24,000 bases of DNA from an uncultured Mycoplasmataceae bacterium (GTDB lineage Bacteria > Bacillota_I > Bacilli_A > Mycoplasmatales > Hepatoplasmataceae), in assembly GCA_947313745.1 (NCBI GenBank), contig CAMZNG010000006.1, positions 106,753-130,752 on the forward strand, given 5' to 3'. Position 1 is the first letter of the stretch; each line of letters starts with the position of its first letter. Of the stretch, positions 11,047-20,895 are shown piece after piece. The notes below the pieces were generated by a model, which was given only the letters and a program-made list of their open reading frames with translations, was not told where the DNA came from and made no database searches. The translations under genes and the position numbers were made by a program.

Positions 11047-11074
11047 AATAATAAATTTACACCATAAAGAAGAA

Positions 11075-11509
11075 ATGATAGGAAATTACAAAAATAAATT
11101 AGATGAAAAAGGAAGAATAACAATACCTGCTAAGTTTAGAAAAGAACTTGGTGGTTTAATTGTTGTTTCTTACGGATTCGATAATACTCTTGAAATCAGA
11201 ACTTCTAAATCTTTTGAGCTTTGATCTAAAACTCTTAGTGATAAAGGGAACCTCTCTACTTCATCAAGGAAACTATCAAGGTTTATTATGGGTAATTCGT
11301 TTGAAATTACTATTGATAAGGCTGGTAGAGCTTTATTACCGAAAAGACTTATGGAAATGATTAAACTTACAAAAGATGTCATGTTAATTGGTATTGGGGA
11401 TAAAATAGAAGTTCATTCAGAAAAACAATGGAATGATTTAACTTCTAATCCTGAAGAAATGACAAAAACTCTTGAGCAAATGGCTGAAGAATTAAGTAAG
11501 GAAAATTAA
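11075..11509 (+). CDS. mraZ: division/cell wall cluster transcriptional regulator MraZ
   Basis: The ATG at 11075 is in frame with ORF 11288-11509 and joins via TGA (FELWSK). There are two SpoVT-AbrB repeats: DEKGRITIPAKFRKEL and DKAGRALLPKRLMEMI. Confidence 0.9.
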
Positions 11510-11514
11510 TCGTA

Positions 11515-12414
11515 ATGATGAAACATTATTCAGTTCTTGCAAAAGAAACAATAAATAAGTTAAGAATAAAAAGTGATGGAGTTTATGTAGATTGTACATT
11601 AGGACTTGGAGGACATACAAAACTACTGGCAGCAAAAGCTTCCAATGGAAAAGTTATATCATTCGATCAAGATTCGATAGCAATGAAAAAAGCTAAAGAA
11701 AACTTAAAAGAATTCAGTAATATTACCTTTATAAATGATAATTTTTCTAATTTAAGTAAAAGGATCAAGGAATTAGGTATTGAAAAAATAGATGGAATCA
11801 TTTATGATTTAGGAACATCATATTATCAACTTACTGATGAAAAAAGAGGATTTTCTTATCATGGAGAATCAAAACTTGATATGAGAATGAATATAGATCA
11901 AGAGTTTACAGCAATTAATGTAATTAATGATTACAGCGAGGAGGAATTAGCAAGAGTTATGTTTGAATATGGTGATGAACCAAAATCAAGGAGAATCGCC
12001 AAAGCTATAGTAGATTATAGAGAGAGGAGAGAAATACTCTTAAATAAAGAGCTAAATGATATTATAAAATCAGTAAAAGGGTTTGTCAAAGGGAAACATC
12101 CTTCGAAAAATATATTTCAAGCCATTAGGATTGAGGTGAACAACGAAATAGAGGTTATAAAGGAATCTCTTGAACAAGCCATTAATTTATTAAAAAAAAA
12201 TGGAGTTATTGCAGTGATAACGTTCCATTCACTAGAAGACAAAACTGTAAAAGATATATTTTGAAATAAGAAGGAAGATGTTGAGATTACTACAATGGGT
12301 AATAATCACAAATATAAAACTTCAAAAGTTATTTATCCTTCAAAAGAAGAAATAGCTATAAACAAAGCTTCAAGGTCAGGAAAACTAAGAACTTTAGTAA
12401 AACTTATTGATTAA
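11515..12414 (+). CDS. rsmH: 16S rRNA (cytosine1402-N4)-methyltransferase RsmH (MraW)
   Basis: HYSVLAKETI..YVDCTLGLGGHT, DLGTSYYQLTD..RGFSY, FHSLEDKTVK. The ORF continues past TGA 12262-12264 to TAA 12412-12414. Confidence 0.95.
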
Positions 12415-12439
12415 TATACATATTAAAATAGAGAAAAAA

Positions 12440-13576
12440 ATGAAAAATTTATTAGCAATTGAAATAAAGGATAACAAAATAATCGTTACGCTTACTAAGT
12501 ATATAAATGGTAAGCATAATTTAATGTATCATAAATCATATGAATTCATACCTTTACAAGACAAAATTGCTTTTAATGCATCTCTTATCCCAAGGATAAA
12601 GAATGATTTAATAGAATTAGGGTTATTTGAAACGATTAACAAATCAACCTTAACTATTAATACATCAAGAGTTGTGGTCAAAACATTCAAAGAGGAATTT
12701 AAATACGATACTGACTTAGAGTTAGAGAAGGAAAAATTTAAAAACAAGCTAAAAAACAATTGACCTGATTCGGAAATATTAAAACTAGAATTTCCATATA
12801 AAAAATCAGGATTTACAAAAAAAATTATTAATTCTACTGTTGAATCAGTTGAAAGAAGTTATTTAAAAGAAGTTGTTTCAATGTTCAGATTTAATGGTAT
12901 TAATATATCAAAGGTTGTTCCAATGCTTGACGTAATCGAAGAATCAATGAAAGAAAACTCTATTGACAAAGGAATTACATTTTCAGTTCTAGTAGAAGAG
13001 AAATTTACGCAATTAACTACATTTGAAAATGGTTCAATATCTTTTTCAACAAAATGGAAATCAGGACTAAATGATATTTATAAACATATTTCAAAAATTA
13101 TGAATATAAATATAAATGAATCAAAAAAATTATTTAAATTCTTTGGTTCAATACCACCTGAAGATGTTGTGGATAATAAAGTAATCCACACAATTAAACA
13201 TGGTAAAGAAGTTGAAGTCTTTACAAAGAAAGATCTATCAAAATATATAACTGAAAAGGTTAATGAACTATTTTCAAATGTTAAATCAGAATTTCCCTTT
13301 ATCACAGATGATTCAGAAGAAAGAAAAATAATATTTAGTGGAGAAATTAAATCATTAAATGGATTTAAAAAATATGCAAAGAAATCATTTGCAGAAAAAA
13401 ACGTTGAAAAATTCTCAAGTAAATTAATTGGATTAAGCGAAGAAGCAGAATTTGTAACATTAGGAATATTAAACATCATTCAAGATGAAAAAATTAAAAA
13501 AAGGGTAGAAGGAAAACTAGATAAACCTAAAATAAGTGCTATAAACAAATTTATAAGAATGTATAATTATATATAG
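12440..13576 (+). CDS. ftsA: divergent FtsA-like (actin-fold) cell division protein
   Basis: The ATG at 12440 (MKNLLAIEIKDNKIIV) is in frame with 12881-13576 and joins via TGA. It occupies the position between rsmH and ftsZ. There is weak FtsA/PilM-like periodicity (ITFSVLVEEKFTQLTTFENGSISFS.. ESKKLFKFFG) and a C-terminal amphipathic-looking ISAINKFIRMYNYI. The nucleotide-binding motifs look degenerate. Confidence 0.55.
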
Positions 13577-13605
13577 TAATACAAATAAATAGTAAAGGAA
13601 GAAAA

Positions 13606-14811
13606 ATGTTTGATAATTTAAACAATAAAAATAACAACTCTGAAAAAAAGGGCGCAAAAATAAAAGTAATAGGAATTGGTGGGGGTGGATCAAATGCCGT
13701 TAATCAAATTTATATTTCAAAAGAAGTTAGCAATGCTGAATTCTACGTTTTGAATACTGATCATCAAGCTTTAGATTCATCACCAGTACCAAATAAATTA
13801 ACTCTTGGACCTACAATTACAAAAGGTTTAGGAGCAGGTGCTGTTCCTGATGTTGCTAGAGCTGCTGCAGGAGAATCTGAAAAAGAGATTAATGCAATTG
13901 TTCAAGGTTCTGATTTAGTATTCATAACTGCTGGAATGGGTGGAGGTACTGGTTCTGGTGCAGCTCCAGTTGTAGCGAAAGCAGCAAAAGATGCAGGAGC
14001 ATTGGTTGTTGCAATAGTTACTACACCATTTTCATTTGAGGGTGGAAACAGAAGAAAAACTGCAAGAGAATCTTTAGAAAAATTAAGAAGAGAAGTTGAT
14101 TCAATTATTGTTATTTCTAATGATAGACTTGCCGCTGAATTAGGTGGAGTATCATTTTCAAAAGCATTTGAATATGCTGATCTAATTTTAAAACAAGCTG
14201 TAATAACAATAGCAGATATTATTTCAACAACTTCTGTAATTAATCTTGATTTTGCTGATGTTAAAACAGTTTTACAAGGACAAGGACTTGCTTTAATAGG
14301 AACAGGTGATTCTGAAGGTGAGAACGCAGCAATTGATGCTTCTCTAAAAGCAATAAATTCACCAATTCTTGAGTCTTCAATCGAAGGCGCAAAAAAAGCC
14401 ATTGTTATGGTTATGGGTTCTGAAAAATCACTTACTATTGAAAAAGCTCATGAAGCAATACAAACAATTCAAGAGGCAGCAAATTCACCAATAGACATAA
14501 TCTTTGGAGTTAGAATAGATGATGCAATTGGAGATAAAGTGTTAATATCAGTTATTGCAACAGGACTTGAAAAGTTTAAAGCGACAAAAGGAAATGTTCC
14601 TTCAATGTCATCAATATCTTCATCATCTTCATTAACACAAGAAATTAATATAGAAGCATTTAAGAATGATCCAATTGGAGGAATGATTACAGCTGAAACT
14701 GAATTAGATTCTCCAAAAAATAAACCTAGCACTCAAGAAAAAGTATTTGAATCATTATCATTATTAAATGATGATGACGATGATGATGATATTTCAAGTT
14801 TATTAAATTAA
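13606..14811 (+). CDS. ftsZ: cell division GTPase FtsZ
   Basis: An uninterrupted 401-aa ORF. Motifs: KVIGIGGGGSNAVN, the tubulin signature GGGTGSGAAPVVA, and NLDFADVKTV. The acidic C-terminal peptide is DDDDDDDISSLLN. Confidence 0.97.
   Translation: MFDNLNNKNNNSEKKGAKIKVIGIGGGGSNAVNQIYISKEVSNAEFYVLNTDHQALDSSPVPNKLTLGPTITKGLGAGAVPDVARAAAGESEKEINAIVQGSDLVFITAGMGGGTGSGAAPVVAKAAKDAGALVVAIVTTPFSFEGGNRRKTARESLEKLRREVDSIIVISNDRLAAELGGVSFSKAFEYADLILKQAVITIADIISTTSVINLDFADVKTVLQGQGLALIGTGDSEGENAAIDASLKAINSPILESSIEGAKKAIVMVMGSEKSLTIEKAHEAIQTIQEAANSPIDIIFGVRIDDAIGDKVLISVIATGLEKFKATKGNVPSMSSISSSSSLTQEINIEAFKNDPIGGMITAETELDSPKNKPSTQEKVFESLSLLNDDDDDDDISSLLN
14770..14790 (+). repeat. (GAT/GAC)7 trinucleotide tract encoding poly-Asp in the FtsZ C-terminal tail
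   Basis: GATGATGACGATGATGATGAT is in frame and encodes D7. Confidence 0.9.
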
Positions 14812-14826
14812 GAAAAGGAAGTTTAA

Positions 14827-15132
14827 ATGGCAAAAAAAGAAAAAAAACAAATATCAATAATTATTAATACAAAGTCTTCAAGCTTAATTAATATTTCACC
14901 AACAAAGTTTTCTAATTCAAAACCAATAGCCAAAGAATTATTAAAAGGTAATGCATTAATTATTGATTTAAGCAAAATGGAAAAAGTTGATTCAATAAGA
15001 TTGGTTGATTTTATAACAGGAGTTTTATTTACTACTAAAGGAAGTTTTAAAAAAATAGCTCCCAAAACTTATTTGATAGCTCCTTCAAAACATATTTTAG
15101 AGAAATTTTTAACGCAATTCGAAAATATTTAA
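14827..15132 (+). CDS. sepF: cell division protein SepF
   Basis: A 101-aa ORF immediately after ftsZ. SepF/DUF552 pattern: ISPTKFSNSKPIAKELLKGNALIIDLSKMEKVDSIRLVDFITGVLFTTKGSFKKIAPKTYLIAP. Confidence 0.8.
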   Translation: MAKKEKKQISIIINTKSSSLINISPTKFSNSKPIAKELLKGNALIIDLSKMEKVDSIRLVDFITGVLFTTKGSFKKIAPKTYLIAPSKHILEKFLTQFENI

Positions 15133-15144
15133 TCAAAGAAATTT

Positions 15145-15170
15145 AAAGAGACTTGTTAGTCTTTTTTTTA
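15145..15170 (+). terminator. Rho-independent terminator after sepF
   Basis: AAAGAGACT / AGTCTTTTT stem (one mismatch) around a TGTT loop, running into a T8 tract. Confidence 0.65.
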
Positions 15171-15176
15171 TTTGTT

Positions 15177-15182
15177 TATAAT
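15177..15182 (+). promoter_or_regulatory. -10 box (TATAAT) for ileS
   Basis: TATAAT lies 22 nt upstream of the ileS ATG, with an AGGAAAAAG RBS in between. This implies a very short leader. Confidence 0.4.
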
Positions 15183-15203
15183 TGTTTTAATAGGAAAAAG
15201 AAT

Positions 15204-17810
<2,607 letters not shown>

Positions 17811-17835
17811 ACAATAAATATACAATGTATTATTA

Positions 17836-19158
17836 ATGACTAAGAAAAATTTATTATTCAATATATTGTTATTCAATTTATTTTTATTGATAACTCTTTA
17901 TACAAAGAATTGATGGTTAACTCCATTAATTCTTTTTTATTTAGGTTGAATACTATATGAATATGGGTGAAAATCATTAGTATCTATACTTTTTATTATT
18001 TTATTATGTTTTTCTATTAATAATAGCAATAATAAAGAAATAAACCATAAATTAAGCCATAAGGCAAAGATTGTGAAGATTTATAGTTCTAGTATTGTTG
18101 TGAATGAAGATGGTCAAAATTACTATTTAATGGGCATTAAAGAGAATTATATTGTAGGTGATGAAATATCATTTAATGCAATGTATAAAGAAAATGATGA
18201 AATAAGTTCCTTTGATGTATTTTATAAATCAACAAAGTCAAATGGTCTTGCATATGCAAACAATATAAAAGTTATCTCACATAACAAGAACTTAAGAAAT
18301 AATACATATAATTTACTTCTTGAAGATAACTCAACATATTCTGATTTTGCATTAGCAATGCTATATAAAACAAAAACTGATGGAAACGCAACATTATTAG
18401 ATAATATAAACAAATTAGGAATACCTCATTTATTTGTTTTATCAGGGTTTCATATAACGATTTTTTATTTGTTTATTGAAAAGTTGTGTGGGGGAGTCAT
18501 TGTAAATAAAAAAATTGTAGATACAATTTCTTTTGGATCAATTCTTTTCTTTCTATATTTGGTCTATTTCCCTCCCACGGGGATTAGGGCACTATTAACC
18601 ATGGTGATAATAAAGATTGGAAATCTTTCAAAAATAGATTCCCTCTCATTAACAGGGATAATATTTTTTATATTAAATCCTTTTTTGATGATAGGTAATT
18701 CAATGATATTGTCATTTTCTATCACTGCAATGATTTATGAGTCATCATCAAAAAAAGGAAATAGAAATAAAAGAATTCTTAATAAGGTAACCATTTCTTC
18801 TTCAGCATTCTTTTTATCAATACCTACAATATTAACTTGAAATCCTAGTGTAAATTTATTTTCTCCAATACTATCAATTATTTTAACTCCTATTATTTCA
18901 ATATCATATATTATATGTATTTTAATACTACCTTTCCATTATTTATGAGGGTTGTTTTCTACTTATTTTTATCTATTAAATATAATCATTAGTTTACTTC
19001 TTTTTATGTATTTTCCATTAAGTATTGGTATCATTAGTCCGTTTATGCAAATATACTTAGTATCAATAACATTTTTATATATCATTAAACAAAAGGAAAA
19101 TAATTTAATATTATTGAATACATTTTTCATACTTTCTCTTATATTCATTATAATTTAG
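17836..19158 (+). CDS. comEC: ComEC/Rec2-family DNA-internalisation channel protein (short form, 440 aa, no metallo-beta-lactamase domain)
   Basis: The ATG at 17836 is in frame with 18073-18840 and 18952-19158 and joins via TGA. The protein has N-terminal TM helices and an OB-like soluble segment. Its polytopic competence domain contains GIPHLFVLSGFHITIF. It lies directly upstream of holA, as in Firmicutes. Confidence 0.75.
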
Positions 19159-19163
19159 ATAAT

Positions 19164-20150
19164 ATGTTTTATGTAGTAAAAAGCAATAGTAAGTCCCTAA
19201 GGGATAAAATAGTTAAAAAAATTATTAGTTCAAGAAAAATAGAAGATGAGAATGTTTTTGTATTTGATTTTGAAGAAAGCGGAGATTTTGAAAAAGCTTT
19301 TTCAGAATATCTAACATTCAATTTTACTAATGAAAAAAAAATAGTTATTTTAAAAAATGCAAATTTTATCAATGTAGTAAAACCTGATAAATTATATGAG
19401 GAAAGATTTTCAAAATCAATCAATATAAAAAATAAAAATGTTCTTATTTTGGAAGTTGATAAATTTAACAAAACAGGAAAATTGAACAAAAAGTTTAAAA
19501 ATGATTTTGAATTAATTGAAAAAGATTCTCCAAAAAATAATGAGTTAATAAAATTCGTTGAACATTTTTTTACATCAAGAAATATACAAATATCATATGA
19601 ATTATCAAAAAGGATAGTTGAAAAATTAAATGAAGATTTTGACATAATTGTATCAGAAATAAATAAACTTGAATTAATATGCGGTGATAAAATTAATTCT
19701 GAAATTATTGATTCATCAATAATAGATCTATCAAAAGAAAACTTATTTAAGCTTGCAGGTGCAGTTTTAACACTTGATGAAGAAAAAATATCAATATTAA
19801 TCAACAAACTAAGAGTTCAAGGAGAAGAGTTTTATCTTGTTGGAGAAAGATTAGCAATGGAATTTTCAAAAGTTCTAAGATATAAGGTAATTACTGACTT
19901 AGATAAAGGAATAGGGGACTTAGAGTTCCAAAAGCTAACAAACTGAAATATGTGAGGAATAAAGAATTATTCTAATTGAATAAAGAATTGACCTTCTCAA
20001 GAGATTATGTGTAGTTTCTTTTATGATGTAATACTAAGAAAGTCATTCTTTGATATTGTTGAAGGAAATCCTGATGATCCTTTAAGGCTTTTAGAAAAGA
20101 TATTAGTTAATAATGTATTAAAAGTGAAAAGAGGACAATATGAAAGTTAA
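19164..20150 (+). CDS. holA: DNA polymerase III delta subunit
   Basis: ORF 19164-19946 continues through four TGAs to TAA 20148-20150, giving 328 aa. The N-terminal pattern is VFVFDFEESGDFEKAFSEYLTFNFTNEKKIVILKNANFI. comEC-holA-rpsT synteny supports the call. Confidence 0.75.
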
Positions 20151-20337
20151 TAATAAATTATGCAATGTTAATGATTTTGAATACAACAAGAAAACTAAGG
20201 TATTAAAAGTCAAGTATAAAATAGTAGGGGTAAAGGAATACAAAAACTTTACAGAAGAAAATTTTAATTTACTATGCGAGGTAAATAAAAATAAAAAAAC
20301 AATTGGAACAACGTTAAAGAGAGCATTAAAAAAATAA
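20140..20337 (+). CDS. small (65 aa) KTSC-domain-like protein, function unknown
   Basis: The ATG overlaps the holA 3' end by 11 nt. NDFEYNKKTKVLKVKYKIVGVKEYKNFTEENFNLL resembles the KTSC pattern (Y-D/N..t..L.V.F/Y...G...Y.Y.n.....f..L). A strong terminator follows. Confidence 0.4.
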   Translation: MKVNNKLCNVNDFEYNKKTKVLKVKYKIVGVKEYKNFTEENFNLLCEVNKNKKTIGTTLKRALKK

Positions 20338-20368
20338 AACCTTTACATTTAATGTAAAGGTTTTTATT
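20337..20368. terminator. bidirectional Rho-independent terminator between convergent KTSC-like gene and rpsT
   Basis: A ~12-bp stem AAACCTTTACAT / ATGTAAAGGTTT is flanked by an A-run on one side and a T-run on the other. It reads as a terminator on both strands. Confidence 0.8.
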
Positions 20369-20478
20369 ATATATATTTATTTTTTAAATATGAAGATTTA
20401 TATTATCAAATTGTTAAAAAATAATTTTATCTTTATATTTTAACTATCTATAATTACCAATTTATAATCTTCAAATTT

Positions 20479-20820
20479 CTAAGCAACTTCTTTTTTAGGT
20501 GCTGTTGTTTTTTTAACTGCTGGTTTAGGAGTTGGTTTTTCAACTTCTTTTTTAGGTGCTGTTGTTTTTTTAACTGCTGGTCCCTTTGTTGCTTCTATCA
20601 AATGCATTGTAGACTTTAATCTCGCTGCTTTATTTTTGTGAAAGACACCTGAAGTTACTGCTTTATCAATTAATTTAACTGCATTATTAACTAACTCTTC
20701 TGTTTTTAAAGTTTTAGCCTTTTTCATCGCAGTTTTAATTTCTGATTTAAGAGCTTTATTATTCAAGTTTCTTACGTCATCTTGTCTTTTTGATTTATCG
20801 TTTGATTTTATATTTGCCAT
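20479..20820 (-). CDS. rpsT: 30S ribosomal protein S20 with repeat-containing Lys/Pro-rich C-terminal extension
   Basis: MANIKSNDKSKRQ...GVFHKNKAARLKS is the S20 core. The tail is GPAVKKTTAPKKEVEKPTPKPAVKKTTAPKKEVA. The RBS AAGGAA lies on the minus strand. Confidence 0.95.
   Translation of the reverse strand: MANIKSNDKSKRQDDVRNLNNKALKSEIKTAMKKAKTLKTEELVNNAVKLIDKAVTSGVFHKNKAARLKSTMHLIEATKGPAVKKTTAPKKEVEKPTPKPAVKKTTAPKKEVA
20484..20581 (-). repeat. in-frame tandem duplication (41-nt perfect copies, 57-nt period) inside the rpsT 3' end
   Basis: CAACTTCTTTTTTAGGTGCTGTTGTTTTTTTAACTGCTGGT occurs at 20484-20524 and again at 20541-20581. It encodes the repeated peptide PAVKKTTAPKKEV. Confidence 0.95.
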
Positions 20821-20895
20821 TTTTAATTCCTTATATCTTTAATCTTATATATTATATATTAATTATGTATATTTTTGAGTGATATAATTATTAAG

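Noticed and set aside
11160-11382. ORFs 11160-11360 (+) and 11170-11382 (-) listed in the track within the mraZ region.
   Set aside because: Both are off-frame or antisense overlaps of mraZ. The mraZ frame (11075-11509) is the one giving the duplicated SpoVT/AbrB-type motifs.
12192-12200. Homopolymeric A9 tracts inside coding regions (rsmH 12192-12200, hydrolase 4889-4897, and A7/A8 at the sepF 5' end), considered as possible phase-variation switches.
   Set aside because: Runs of this length are expected by chance in lysine-rich genes of such an AT-rich genome. They sit in housekeeping genes, and there is no evidence of frame ambiguity.
19169-19807. A long antisense ORF (212 aa, minus strand) opposite holA. 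Similar antisense ORFs occur at 13902-14402, 13078-13479, 7185-7628, 314-685, 4214-4585, 16271-16567, 17375-17716 and 23390-23782.
   Set aside because: They lie opposite well-supported conserved genes. They have low-complexity S/F/I/L-rich compositions typical of the reverse complement of AT-rich coding sequence. They lack RBSs and resemble no family I recognise. They are stop-poor shadow frames.
20390-20445. A mini-ORF (MKIYIIKLLKNNFIFIF) in the convergent intergenic region, considered as a possible small hydrophobic peptide.
   Set aside because: It has no RBS, lies downstream of the terminator on the + strand, and its composition is simply AT-rich noncoding sequence.
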